Shown here: one piece after another, positions 40,171 to 50,242 of the stretch | Layout of the letters: every line of letters begins with the position of its first letter | Numbering within the stretch: the stretch's first letter is position 1 | Source of the DNA: Bacteroidota bacterium | GTDB lineage: Bacteria; Bacteroidota; Bacteroidia; AKYH767-A; OLB10 | Reading direction: 5' to 3' | Assembly: GCA_947453935.1 (NCBI GenBank) | Contig: CANGJU010000004.1 | Location: 1-57,367 of the forward strand | Length of the DNA: 57,367 nucleotides | Made by a program: the position numbers and the translations under genes | Notes under the pieces: model-generated | The model's database searches: none | The model's input: only the letters and a program-made list of their open reading frames with translations | Told to the model about the DNA's origin: nothing

Positions 40171-41300
40171 TGCTTTCCTCTTGGTTTTAATGTGACAACT
40201 ATAGGGTAGTGGTCGCTTAGTTTTTTGCGCACCATCGAATATTTCAAACATTCGAAATAATCGCTGTGTAAAATATAATCGATGCGGTAAGGAATGAAAA
40301 ATCCATTGTAGCTAATACCAAATCCTTTTCCTTTTTCAGAGTAAGAGTCGATTAAATGACGCGCAATGCTCGTATAGGCGTAGGAGTAAGGAGGGTCGTT
40401 AAAGTCGCCACATAGTATAATTGGATACGGACAATTTTCAATATGATTACTTAATTCATCTACCTGTGTGCTGCGAATAACAGCCCCTCTCTTAATTCGC
40501 TTGAAGATAGACAAACTGCCTTTTAAAAATTGGTTTTGGTCTTCTACATTCGGATTATCGATGAAATTGTAATCGTTTTTCTTAAAGTGATTCGATTGTA
40601 AATGCACATTGTAAATCCTTACGGTATCGTTGTTATAAAGCACATCGCAAAACATCCCGAAGTTGGTGCTCCCTTCTTTGAAAAAAAGTTTTCCTTTATT
40701 GATGATTGGGTAATTACTAAATGTTGCTAATCCCCAATGGTATTTATCTTTTAACGTTAATCCGTATTCGATATGTGCGTGTTTTAAATTTAGCAACGAT
40801 GTTAGTGTATCATTGTTTGAAAAATCTTTTTCATCACTGTGATAGTATTCTTGAAAGCAAACAACCTGCGGCGACTCTTTCTTCAACATATCAAAAATTT
40901 CGCTTCTCGTTTTTTGATTCCCACTCCAGTTGTACAAATCAAATAAGCGAACATTGTAACTCATTACTTTGAACTGGTTCTTCGATACTGGCGACTCCAT
41001 CACAAACATAGGAGGCTGATACATCAAGGCGAGCTTATCATAACCCATAATTATAATCGCAAGCGAGATAAATGCGTATTTACTTCTTCTGATAGCCCAG
41101 AAAATAAGAAACAAAATATTAATGATAACAATAAACGGATAGGTGTAGGAAAGTGGCTCAAATACCCAGAAGGATTCAGGTGAAATTTTGCAGGACAACT
41201 GAACACATAAAAGCAGGAAAGCAACAGCGACATTAATTAAAATTAATAGTCGTATCAGTTTGCTTTTCTTTTGACTCGTAACGGGTTGTTCGGGCTGCAT
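40167..41300 (-). CDS. Membrane-anchored endonuclease/exonuclease/phosphatase (EEP) family protein
   Basis: The protein MQPEQPV... is encoded on the MINUS strand (CAT at 41298-41300, stop read from TTA at 40167-40169) although the ORF track says +. N-terminal TM helices, VMSYNV, CFQE, YNVHLQS, CGDFND, RIDYI, SDHYP motifs. Confidence 0.92.
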   Translation of the reverse strand: MQPEQPVTSQKKSKLIRLLILINVAVAFLLLCVQLSCKISPESFWVFEPLSYTYPFIVIINILFLIFWAIRRSKYAFISLAIIIMGYDKLALMYQPPMFVMESPVSKNQFKVMSYNVRLFDLYNWSGNQKTRSEIFDMLKKESPQVVCFQEYYHSDEKDFSNNDTLTSLLNLKHAHIEYGLTLKDKYHWGLATFSNYPIINKGKLFFKEGSTNFGMFCDVLYNNDTVRIYNVHLQSNHFKKNDYNFIDNPNVEDQNQFLKGSLSIFKRIKRGAVIRSTQVDELSNHIENCPYPIILCGDFNDPPYSYAYTSIARHLIDSYSEKGKGFGISYNGFFIPYRIDYILHSDYFECLKYSMVRKKLSDHYPIVVTLKPRGKH

Positions 41301-41354
41301 CAGTCTGCAAAATAAACAATTTTAGGATTATTCTTCGAAATAATTTACAAATTC

Positions 41355-41362
41355 TACCTTTG
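41355..41362 (+). promoter_or_regulatory. -7 promoter element (TACCTTTG) for mqnD
   Basis: TAnnTTTG match; overlaps the GTG used by the ORF track, which favours ATG 41371 as the real start. Confidence 0.55.
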
Positions 41363-41370
41363 TGCCTCCA

Positions 41371-42201
41371 ATGAATAAAAGCTACACCATCGGGTTTTCA
41401 CCTTGTCCCAATGACACTTTTATTTTCGATGCAATGATTAACAATCGTTTGCCCGAAAATGAGACGTGGAATCCTCATTTGCTCGATGTAGAAGCCCTTA
41501 ACAAAAATGCGGCTGTTGGATTATACGATGTTACTAAAATGAGTTTTGCTGCCTTTGCTTTTGTATCGGATAAGTACCAGATACTAAATGCAGGTAGCGC
41601 CCTAGGTCGTGGGTGTGGACCATTAATCATAAGTAAGTCCCCTCTGAAATTGGAGGAGCTTACGGATAAAACGATTGCTATTCCTGGTGCGCGTACTACG
41701 GCTAATTTGCTGATGAGTATTTTCGTTCCGGAATGTAAAGCGAAAGTTGAAATGGTTTTTTCAGATATTGAAGAGGCTGTGCTTAACGGTCGTTGTGATG
41801 CTGGATTAATCATTCATGAAAATCGCTTTACCTACGAGCAAAAAGGACTTTTTAAAGTTGCTGATTTAGGAGAATTATGGGAGCAAAAAACGGGGTTACC
41901 AATTCCGTTAGGATGTATTGCCGTAAAGCGTAGTTTATCCGAAGAGGAAAAAAAACAAATTGATAGTTTGATTCGTCATTCAGTGGAGTTTGGCTTTCAA
42001 AATCCAACGGCAAGTAAGGAATATATTGCACATCACGCTCAGGAAATGGACCCTGCCGTTCAGCAGCAGCATATCGACTTATACGTGAATGATTTTTCGA
42101 TAACTTTGGGCGTTGATGGTAAAAATGCCATTCAGACGTTGTTTAATGAAGGAAAAAAATCAGGTTTGTTGCCTGATGTAGTTCAACCTATATTTGTATA
42201 G
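41371..42201 (+). CDS. mqnD: 1,4-dihydroxy-6-naphthoate synthase MqnD
   Basis: GFSPCPNDTFIF, GSALGRGCGP, IPG..TTANLL, GLIIHENRFTY, LPIPLG, HIDLYVN. Confidence 0.93.
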   Translation: MNKSYTIGFSPCPNDTFIFDAMINNRLPENETWNPHLLDVEALNKNAAVGLYDVTKMSFAAFAFVSDKYQILNAGSALGRGCGPLIISKSPLKLEELTDKTIAIPGARTTANLLMSIFVPECKAKVEMVFSDIEEAVLNGRCDAGLIIHENRFTYEQKGLFKVADLGELWEQKTGLPIPLGCIAVKRSLSEEEKKQIDSLIRHSVEFGFQNPTASKEYIAHHAQEMDPAVQQQHIDLYVNDFSITLGVDGKNAIQTLFNEGKKSGLLPDVVQPIFV

Positions 42202-42204
42202 ATT

Positions 42205-43170
42205 ATGATTGTAGTAACTGGTGCCGCAGGTTTTATCGGAAGTGTATTAGTCGGAAAATTAAATAGCATCGGAATGGAAAATATTCTGATGGTGGATGAT
42301 TTTTCCAACGAATTGAAAAAAGTAAACTGGTCAACTAAAAAGTATAGCGATAAAATGGATCGTGCTGTTTTTCTTGATTGGTTCAAAGCCCATGCATCGC
42401 AGGTTTCTTTTGTGTTTCATATTGGTGCCCGCACTGATACAACCGAGTTTAATAAAGAGATTTTTGATGATTTGAATGTAAACTACACAAAGTCTATCTG
42501 GAATACCTGCACGGAGAATAATATTCCGTTAGTGTACGCATCCTCTGCCGCGACTTATGGAGGTGGCGAGCAGGGTTATGCCGATAATCATGCTGCAATT
42601 TCTTCTTTACATCCACTAAATCCTTATGGATGGTCGAAGCAGGAATTTGATATTTGGGCACTGCAACAAACGAATACGCCTCCACAATGGCAAGGATTAA
42701 AATTCTTTAATGTCTATGGTCCGAATGAATATCATAAAGCACGTATGGCTTCTGTGATTTTTCATGCGTTTCATCAGATCAATAATACAGGTAAAGTAAA
42801 ACTGTTTCGCTCGCATCGCCCCGATTTTAAAGATGGCTGGCAGCTTCGCGATTTTATTTATGTGAAAGACCTCGTGAATGTTTGTGTGTTCTTGATGCAA
42901 AATAAAGTGCAATCAGGAATCTACAATTTAGGAACAGGGCAAGCACGTTCGTTTTATGATTTAGCAGATTCAACGTTTAAAGCGATGGATAAGCAAACAG
43001 AAATCGAGTACGTCGATATCCCTGCTGATATCCGAGATAAGTATCAATACTTCACCGAAGCAGATATGAGTAAATTAATTGCTCAAGGATATACAACACC
43101 ATTCACTTCGTTGGAAGAGGGTGTACGCGATTACGTTAGTAACTACCTTTCTAAGAATACCGTTTATTAA
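42205..43170 (+). CDS. rfaD: ADP-L-glycero-D-manno-heptose 6-epimerase
   Basis: MIVVTGAAGFIGS, YASSAATYG, PLNPYGWSK, FFNVYGPNEYHKARMAS, YQYFTEADM. Confidence 0.92.
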   Translation: MIVVTGAAGFIGSVLVGKLNSIGMENILMVDDFSNELKKVNWSTKKYSDKMDRAVFLDWFKAHASQVSFVFHIGARTDTTEFNKEIFDDLNVNYTKSIWNTCTENNIPLVYASSAATYGGGEQGYADNHAAISSLHPLNPYGWSKQEFDIWALQQTNTPPQWQGLKFFNVYGPNEYHKARMASVIFHAFHQINNTGKVKLFRSHRPDFKDGWQLRDFIYVKDLVNVCVFLMQNKVQSGIYNLGTGQARSFYDLADSTFKAMDKQTEIEYVDIPADIRDKYQYFTEADMSKLIAQGYTTPFTSLEEGVRDYVSNYLSKNTVY

Positions 43171-43622
43171 TGGATAAGATTTTCGAGTTTCTTCAGTCGC
43201 GCGTATTTAAATATTTCATTGCAGCTGGTGTTGCAACTGTGGTCGATGTAGGATTGTATTACTTATGTTTTAACTATGCATTCGATAAGCAACCTGTAAC
43301 TTTATTCGGAAGTTTTGCTTTGAAAGCAACAACTATTTCCCTCGTGATTTCTTATTCTTGCGGATTAGTAACTAACTTTTCTATCTCGAAATATTTAGTA
43401 TTTACTGATTCGGAAATGAAAACTACCTCTGCATTTTCTCGTTTTGTATTGGTAGCATTGTTTGTTCTGATGCTAAACTATTTCTTTATGAATTTCCTGA
43501 TTCATCAATTGGAATGGTTCCCGACAATTGCGCGTGCAGTATCGGCACTTTCTATTGGAGTGCTTAGCTTCTTATTCCACAAATTTTTTACGTTTAAAGT
43601 TAGTAGCTTAAAAAAGTCATAA
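43170..43622 (+). CDS. GtrA-family membrane protein
   Basis: FKYFIAAGVATVVD, four TM segments, FLFHKFFTF end. Confidence 0.85.
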   Translation: MDKIFEFLQSRVFKYFIAAGVATVVDVGLYYLCFNYAFDKQPVTLFGSFALKATTISLVISYSCGLVTNFSISKYLVFTDSEMKTTSAFSRFVLVALFVLMLNYFFMNFLIHQLEWFPTIARAVSALSIGVLSFLFHKFFTFKVSSLKKS

Positions 43623-43958
43623 CGATTCTTTCAGCTCTGTCAAAAAGCCCTTCATGCGTGTAAGGGTGTCTTTCAATTGCATCTGAATTTCGATATCGTT
43701 TTTGTTGCCAGCTAATTTTTTCTTGGCTCCTTCTAGCGTATAGCCTCTTTCTTTTACGAGGTGAAAAATAATCTTCAGATTTTTTAAGTCTTCAGGCGTA
43801 AACAAACGATTCCCTTTTTTATTCTTCTTCGGTTGAAGAATTTCAAATTCATTCTCCCAGAAACGAATCAGTGAAGTGTTCACTTTAAACATCTCTGCTA
43901 TCTCGCCGATGCTGTAATACAAGCGCTCAGGCTCTTTGTCGAAATCCATGATTGGCAT
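43617..43958 (-). CDS. MerR-family transcriptional regulator
   Basis: YYSIGEIAEMFKVNTSLIRFWE.EF..L.PKKNKKGNR HTH; the usual Bacteroidota neighbour of M23/alaS. Confidence 0.92.
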   Translation of the reverse strand: MPIMDFDKEPERLYYSIGEIAEMFKVNTSLIRFWENEFEILQPKKNKKGNRLFTPEDLKNLKIIFHLVKERGYTLEGAKKKLAGNKNDIEIQMQLKDTLTRMKGFLTELKESL

Positions 43959-43970
43959 AAGGCAATAGTT

Positions 43971-44942
43971 TTAGTCGAATGATTGATTTTCCTGTGCTGC
44001 AAGAATTCGAATCTGTTCGTATTCCTGTGGCGTTAAGTCGTTATAAAAATAATTAATCGGATCTATTTTGTTTCCATCTTTAATCACTTCGTAATGGCAA
44101 TGCGGACCAGTAGATGATCCTGTGCTGCCAACATACCCAATTAAATCGCCGCGTTGCACTTTTTGTCCTGGACGTACCACAAACTTCGTCATATGTCCGT
44201 ATAAGGTCTGATAACCATATCCGTGATTAATTACCACATTGTTCCCATAGCCACGGCCGTTAAACTCTGTCTGACTCACCACACCATTTCCAGTCGAATA
44301 TATCGGTGTTCCTGTAGGCGCGGCAAAGTCGATACCTGTATGCATCTTAGCTGTTTTGTAGATAGGGTGGATTCGATACCCAAATCCTGAGGCAATATGC
44401 GACGAACCCTTCAATGAAACAGGCTGTATTCCCGGAATAGAAGCTAACATCTGCGATTTCTGCTTGGCTAATTTAAATACCTCATCAAACGATTTACTCT
44501 GAATATAAAGCTGTCTTGTAAGTTGGTCAATGCGTTGTGTGGTCTTAATTAATAGGTCAGAGTTATCAAACCCTTCCAAAAGCTTATAACGATTAATTCC
44601 GCCGGCACCCGCCTGACGTACTTCCGCTGGAATAGGTTCCGCCTCAAAAACCACTCGGTAAATTTGATCGTCGCTAACCTGTAAGTCCTTCAAAACAGAA
44701 TTAGCCAAATCAATACGTTGATTCAATAAATCATACTGATCTTGTAGCTGTGCAATCTCGCGTTTTAGCTGTTTTTCCTTCGGGGAATCAAGGAAATTGT
44801 AGGCAATCAAAAGGACAATTGTTCCAAATACCGAAGCCGTTGCAAGCCATCCCAAAACACGCCCTAAGCGCTTTTTAAAGCTCACAATAACCTTTTCGTA
44901 TTTCAACGATTCAGTATTGAAGTAATATTTTGCCTTCGGCAT
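43971..44942 (-). CDS. M23-family metallopeptidase
   Basis: HTGIDF, YGHM, STGPHCHYEV zinc motifs; N-terminal TM and coiled coil. Confidence 0.93.
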   Translation of the reverse strand: MPKAKYYFNTESLKYEKVIVSFKKRLGRVLGWLATASVFGTIVLLIAYNFLDSPKEKQLKREIAQLQDQYDLLNQRIDLANSVLKDLQVSDDQIYRVVFEAEPIPAEVRQAGAGGINRYKLLEGFDNSDLLIKTTQRIDQLTRQLYIQSKSFDEVFKLAKQKSQMLASIPGIQPVSLKGSSHIASGFGYRIHPIYKTAKMHTGIDFAAPTGTPIYSTGNGVVSQTEFNGRGYGNNVVINHGYGYQTLYGHMTKFVVRPGQKVQRGDLIGYVGSTGSSTGPHCHYEVIKDGNKIDPINYFYNDLTPQEYEQIRILAAQENQSFD

Positions 44943-45013
44943 TGGTTATATTTTTAAATTTGCCTGTTATTACAAAAATAGAATAAATTAATTAGTAAAC
45001 GAAACAAGGCATT

Positions 45014-47617
45014 ATGCAAACAGCTGCTCAAATCAGACAAGGGTTTTTAGATTATTTTAAATCGAAAGGTCATACCATTGTCGCATCAGCACCCATTGTA
45101 GTGAAGAACGATCCAACCCTGATGTTTACCAACGCAGGAATGAATCAATTTAAAGATATTATCCTGGGTAATGTAACCCCATTCGCAACGCGTGTAGCCA
45201 ATACGCAAAAATGTCTGCGTGTATCTGGGAAGCACAATGATCTAGAGGAAGTAGGAGTAGATACCTACCATCATACCATGTTCGAAATGCTAGGCAACTG
45301 GTCGTTTGGCGATTATTTTAAAGAAGAAGCTATCGAGTGGGCGTGGGACCTTTTAGTGAATGTTTACAAGCTTCCGAAAGACCGTTTATACGTAACCGTT
45401 TTCGAGGGTGATGCAAAAGAAAATTTAGCTTTTGATAAGGAAGCCTACGATTTCTGGAAGAAATGGATTGATGAAGACCGTATCCTTCGCGGAAATAAAA
45501 AAGATAATTTCTGGGAGATGGGGGAGCAAGGACCCTGCGGACCATGTTCTGAAATTCATATCGATTTACGCTCTGACGAAGCGCGTAAGCAAATCGATGG
45601 AAAAGACTTAGTCAATACTTCCGATCCGCAAGTGATTGAAATCTGGAATAACGTATTCATGGAGTTTAACCGCAAAGCGGATGGCTCTCTTGAACCACTT
45701 CCAGCAAAGCATGTCGATACCGGAATGGGCTTCGAACGTTTGTGTATGGCCATGCAAATGAAAATATCTAACTATGATACGGATGTATTTACGCCAACTA
45801 TTAATTTCATTGAAGTAGCATCAGGCATTAAGTACGGAACTTCTGAAAAGACAGATATCGCAATGCGAGTATTGTCAGATCATATTCGTGCGATTTCTTT
45901 TGCTATCGCAGATGGACAATTACCTTCCAACAACAAAGCAGGGTATGTGATTCGTCGTATTTTACGTCGTGCAGTGCGTTATGCATTTACCTTCTTGAAT
46001 TTAAAAGAAGCATTTTTATATAAGCTGGTCGATATTATCGCAACGCAATTTGCGCATGTATTCCCTGAGTTAGATGCACAGCGCGATTTTGTAGCGCGTG
46101 TGATTAACGAAGAAGAACTTTCTTTCTTGCGTACGTTAGATACAGGGATTAAAAAGTTTGAAGCCTATGAAGGAAATACCATTGCTGGCGATTTCGCTTT
46201 TGAGTTGTATGATACCTTCGGTTTCCCTATCGACTTAACCCAACTAATGGCGCGTGAGAATGGAAAAGTGGTAGATATGGAAGGGTTTGATCGTTGCATG
46301 CAAGAGCAAAAAAATCGTTCGCGTAAAGCAACTGCAATGACTACCGACGACTGGACGCAGGTGAGTGAAGATGATAGCGTAGAGTTTGTTGGATACGATG
46401 AAACAACCAGCGCTTGTGAAATCGTAAAGTATCGTAAAATCAAAAAGGGAAATAAAGAGCAATATCAAATCGTATTAAGTCGTACACCTTTTTACGCAGA
46501 GAGCGGCGGACAAGTCGGTGATACGGGAACGTTAGAAGCTGATGGCGATAAAATATTTATTACCGACACGCAAAAAGAAAACAATCTGATTGTTCATTAC
46601 GCTGATGCCTTACCGAAAAATGTAGAAGCAACCTTCACAGCAATCATTAATACAAATCGTCGTTCATCGATTACTAAAAATCACAGTGCAACGCATTTAA
46701 TTCATTCGGCATTAAAGCAGGTGTTAGGTACGCATGTAGCGCAGAAGGGTTCATTGGTAAATGAGCAACAAACACGTTTCGACTTCTCGCATTTTTCAAA
46801 AGTAACCGACGAAGAAATTTTACAGATTGAAAAAATCGTGAATCAAAAGGTGCGCGAAAACATCCTATTGAACGAGCAACGAAATGTACCTATTCAAAAA
46901 GCCATCGATGCTGGTGCAACCGCATTGTTTGGAGAGAAGTATGGCGACTTTGTTCGTGTTATCACATTTGACCCTGCATACTCTGTCGAGCTTTGTGGAG
47001 GAACACACGTTGCTGCAACAGGTGAAATAGGAATGGTGAAGTTAGTTGTAGAAAGTGCAGTCGCTGCAGGCGTTCGACGTATAGAAGCAATCACTGGTGA
47101 AGGTGCTGAGAATTATTTCAAAGAGCAGTCGCAGGTAATGACGCAGATAAAATCACTCTTAAATAATCCGAAGGATGTTGTGAAAGGTGTTGAATCGTTG
47201 ATTGAAGAAACGAATGCGTTGAAGAAGCAAGTCGAACAATTTGTTCACGAGAAAGCGCAGGGCATCAAGAAAGAATTGTTAGGTAAAGTAGAAAGCATTA
47301 ACGGTGTGAACTGCATAATTGCAACAGTTAATTTACCAGCTGAAGCAATTAAAAATATTTCTTTCGAGCTAAAAAATCAGATTGATAATTTATATTGTTT
47401 ATTGGCTTCTGATGTGGATGGCAAACCGATGATCTCTTTAATCATTGCAGAGAATTTAGTTGCAGAAAAATCATTGAACGCAACGGCTATCATTCGTGAA
47501 TTAGCGAAAGACATACAAGGCGGCGGTGGAGGACAACCTTTCTACGCAACTGCGGGAGGAAAGAATGTGGATGGAATTAAAGTGGTGTTAGAGAAAGCGA
47601 GTGGGTATGTGAAGTAG
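45014..47617 (+). CDS. alaS: Alanine--tRNA ligase
   Basis: DPTLMFTNAGMNQFK, HHTMFEMLGNWSFGDYFK, DTGMGFERL, NHSATHL, ELCGGTH, GGGGG C-Ala. Confidence 0.98.
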   Translation: MQTAAQIRQGFLDYFKSKGHTIVASAPIVVKNDPTLMFTNAGMNQFKDIILGNVTPFATRVANTQKCLRVSGKHNDLEEVGVDTYHHTMFEMLGNWSFGDYFKEEAIEWAWDLLVNVYKLPKDRLYVTVFEGDAKENLAFDKEAYDFWKKWIDEDRILRGNKKDNFWEMGEQGPCGPCSEIHIDLRSDEARKQIDGKDLVNTSDPQVIEIWNNVFMEFNRKADGSLEPLPAKHVDTGMGFERLCMAMQMKISNYDTDVFTPTINFIEVASGIKYGTSEKTDIAMRVLSDHIRAISFAIADGQLPSNNKAGYVIRRILRRAVRYAFTFLNLKEAFLYKLVDIIATQFAHVFPELDAQRDFVARVINEEELSFLRTLDTGIKKFEAYEGNTIAGDFAFELYDTFGFPIDLTQLMARENGKVVDMEGFDRCMQEQKNRSRKATAMTTDDWTQVSEDDSVEFVGYDETTSACEIVKYRKIKKGNKEQYQIVLSRTPFYAESGGQVGDTGTLEADGDKIFITDTQKENNLIVHYADALPKNVEATFTAIINTNRRSSITKNHSATHLIHSALKQVLGTHVAQKGSLVNEQQTRFDFSHFSKVTDEEILQIEKIVNQKVRENILLNEQRNVPIQKAIDAGATALFGEKYGDFVRVITFDPAYSVELCGGTHVAATGEIGMVKLVVESAVAAGVRRIEAITGEGAENYFKEQSQVMTQIKSLLNNPKDVVKGVESLIEETNALKKQVEQFVHEKAQGIKKELLGKVESINGVNCIIATVNLPAEAIKNISFELKNQIDNLYCLLASDVDGKPMISLIIAENLVAEKSLNATAIIRELAKDIQGGGGGQPFYATAGGKNVDGIKVVLEKASGYVK

Positions 47618-47658
47618 TAGAGTTTTTATTATTGTTTGATAAAGTAGTAATCCTTCTT

Positions 47659-47916
47659 ATGATGAAAAAAATAAAGTTGATTTTTGTTTTATTCATGTTT
47701 ATCTTTATTTCATGCAGTAAGCAGAACTTTATATATACAATCAATTACAGCACTACTATAGAGGATTACACTAGTGTTACGTTGGAATCAATCACTCTGT
47801 CCCAAAAGGATAGTTTAAAAGCTATCAATAAATTCAAGAAATCTAAAAATTATAAATTGTATGCACCACAATCCGATTCCGTTTGGATGGACTTATGGAT
47901 TCCGGATAAACAATAG
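47659..47916 (+). CDS. Small hypothetical lipoprotein
   Basis: MMKKIKLIFVLFMFIFISC lipobox; ATG 47659 preferred to the TTG at 47632; very AT-rich. Confidence 0.6.
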   Translation: MMKKIKLIFVLFMFIFISCSKQNFIYTINYSTTIEDYTSVTLESITLSQKDSLKAINKFKKSKNYKLYAPQSDSVWMDLWIPDKQ

Positions 47917-48374
47917 ACAATAATCTAAAGCCGGAGCATTCTTTTGAACGTAATTTGTTCTAATTAAAAATCATACTTAAATGAATAATAAAACATTTAA
48001 AGGAAATTGTAAATGCTTTAGTAAACATTAATAACAGTATATTTTCATATAAATAAATGGCAGCCTAAAATACTATTGTAGTCAATATCAAATATTCATT
48101 GATTTATAATCCCTAGAGTCATCTTGGGATTTTTTGTTTGAATGATATGCTTGATATCATTAAACGTTTGTAAATGAATATAAGCGTTTAATAACGGAGT
48201 ATAAATTATAAATTTCAATTATGTTTTATTCCTTAGGTTTTCTCGGTATAAAGCGGTGGGTGGTGGCCATCCTTGATTTTATAAGATTTAATTAGAATAG
48301 TTAAATAGTTTTTATATATTTGATGGCAAGTAACTAAGAATCGCATAACTAGAAAGTTATTATCCTTAAATAAT

Positions 48375-49925
48375 ATGATTAAAAATAAATTTTGGATGTT
48401 GTCTTTATTGAGCATTATTAGTTTTGCTAGTAATGCCCAATTCACCGACCGATTCTGGGCATTTGGCGATAGTGCGGCAATAAATTTCAAAAATTTAAAT
48501 AATCCTGTTCCTGACTCAAGCATTTTACGTGTAAGAGGAACTTGTTTTAGTATTTGCGATAGCTTAGGCGATTTGATATTTTATGGTGGTTCGCCAAACC
48601 AAACTATTTTTCGTCCACCAGGTCCGCCGTACACATACGATATGGGTTTTATAATAAATAAAAATCATAATATTATAACAAATGGCGATAGTTTAAAAGG
48701 AATAGAATTGTATAATGAAATGACCATTGTTCCAAACCCTGCTAATATTAATCAATTTTATATATTTACTGCCGGCGTTACACCAGCTAACCAAGGGCTT
48801 TATTATAGCTTGCTCGATATGAGTTTAAATAATGGCGCCGGTTATGTTTTGCAGAAAAATGTGCAACTGCAAACTTTTCAAACAGCTGACTGTGTTACAG
48901 CAATTAAGCATGGCAATGGTAGAGATTGGTGGATTATCATTCGTGAATGGAGCTATACGCAATCATTAAATTCTTATTATTTGTATTTAATATCCCCGAG
49001 TGGCATTACTCTTTCAAGTCATCAGAATATTGGTACCTCCTATATTGGGGGGGGGGGGCAAAAAATTGAATTTACTAGTACAGGTGACAGATTTTATGAG
49101 AGTATTAATGGTGGATTGATAGAACGATTTGATTTTGATCGATGTACTGGCGTTATATCTAAGGATACAATTTTAGCCCCCATGGCCTCAACTGTGAGCA
49201 GATCATATTATAGTCTAGCATTATCGCCTGATGATTCAAAACTGTATGCTACTACCGCTTGTACTGCTAATAAATCGTATTTTGTCCAATATGATTTAAA
49301 TGCAAGTAATTTTTTGGCGAGCGCAGATACATTGTTAATGTTGCGGGCAAGTAATCTTAATTCTCAAGAGATTGGGGCAGTGCAACCTGGGCCCGATGGT
49401 AAAATATATTTAACTGCTGAAGGCAACTCTTTAGATTGTGGATTTGATTATTTGTATTGTGACACTACTTGGAACTTGGTTAATTCAAATCTCTCAGTTG
49501 TAAATAACCCCAATGGCCTTGGGGCAGCATGTAATTTTCAGCCTTTTAGTTTTTATTTAGGAGGTCATCGCGCTTATGCAGGATTACCCAATAACCCTAA
49601 TTACGAACTAGGTCCCTTACGAGGCAGCACATGTGATACTTTAACCGTAGGTATTACCGAAGCAGTAGGCTACAAAAACAACATAACCGTTTATTACGAT
49701 GAAAACTGGCAAACGGCTTTTGTAAATGCAAAAGGTTTAAGAGGTAAAAAATTTGCATTTGAATTATATAATATTAACGGGCAATTAATTCAACAGCAGC
49801 AAGGTTTTTTGGATTCTGAGTATTATACCAATAACTTGAGCATGGTAGATGTAGCAGATGGATTATACATTGTTAGATTGAAAACCGATAAAGAAGTACT
49901 AACATCGAAATTTATTAAACGCTAA
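48375..49925 (+). CDS. T9SS type A sorting-domain protein, probable beta-propeller
   Basis: Signal peptide (SNAQ), WAFGDSAAINF, KHGNGRDWWII, FDFDRCTG, GPDGKIY, GLPNNPNY, CTD ending LYNINGQLI...GLYIVRL...KFIKR. Confidence 0.85.
   Translation: MIKNKFWMLSLLSIISFASNAQFTDRFWAFGDSAAINFKNLNNPVPDSSILRVRGTCFSICDSLGDLIFYGGSPNQTIFRPPGPPYTYDMGFIINKNHNIITNGDSLKGIELYNEMTIVPNPANINQFYIFTAGVTPANQGLYYSLLDMSLNNGAGYVLQKNVQLQTFQTADCVTAIKHGNGRDWWIIIREWSYTQSLNSYYLYLISPSGITLSSHQNIGTSYIGGGGQKIEFTSTGDRFYESINGGLIERFDFDRCTGVISKDTILAPMASTVSRSYYSLALSPDDSKLYATTACTANKSYFVQYDLNASNFLASADTLLMLRASNLNSQEIGAVQPGPDGKIYLTAEGNSLDCGFDYLYCDTTWNLVNSNLSVVNNPNGLGAACNFQPFSFYLGGHRAYAGLPNNPNYELGPLRGSTCDTLTVGITEAVGYKNNITVYYDENWQTAFVNAKGLRGKKFAFELYNINGQLIQQQQGFLDSEYYTNNLSMVDVADGLYIVRLKTDKEVLTSKFIKR
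49047..49058 (+). repeat. G12 homopolymer inside the T9SS cargo gene (encodes Gly4)
   Basis: tatatt-GGGGGGGGGGGG-caaaaa read directly; currently in frame. Confidence 0.85.
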
Positions 49926-50060
49926 TTAAGTATAAAGTTAGTTGCTATGTGCTTTTTTCATAGCATTAAAATTGATGCTGTTTGGTAGTGATTAGTTTGC
50001 TTTCATTTTCTATTTAGTCTTTACCATTGTAGCATTTTATTTCCATCTAAATCAATAAGT

Positions 50061-50203
50061 AACTTAAACGTTTGTAAATGCTTATCAACCGAATAATTAT
50101 TCTGAACAAAATAATTTTACTGCGGGGCGGGGCTGCCGTCCCCCCATGGTGTTGAGGCTCCCACTTTTTTGGGACTTCGCTCTACTGGGCCTTCAGGGGT
50201 CGA
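50061..50203. repeat. Non-coding dispersed repeat, copy A (short)
   Basis: Aligns by eye with 52946..53122: AACTTAAACGTTTGTAAAT..CCGAATAATTATT..TAATTTTACTGCGGGGYGGGGCTGCYGTCCCCCCATGGT..TGAGGCTCC..GGACTTCGC..CAGGGGYCG. Confidence 0.9.
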
Positions 50204-50242
50204 ATACATTTTGAAACCCATTTTCAAATCATCACAACGCGA

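Noticed and set aside
40167-41300. Plus-strand gene as listed in the ORF track
   Set aside because: The listed protein is encoded by the reverse complement; annotated as minus strand
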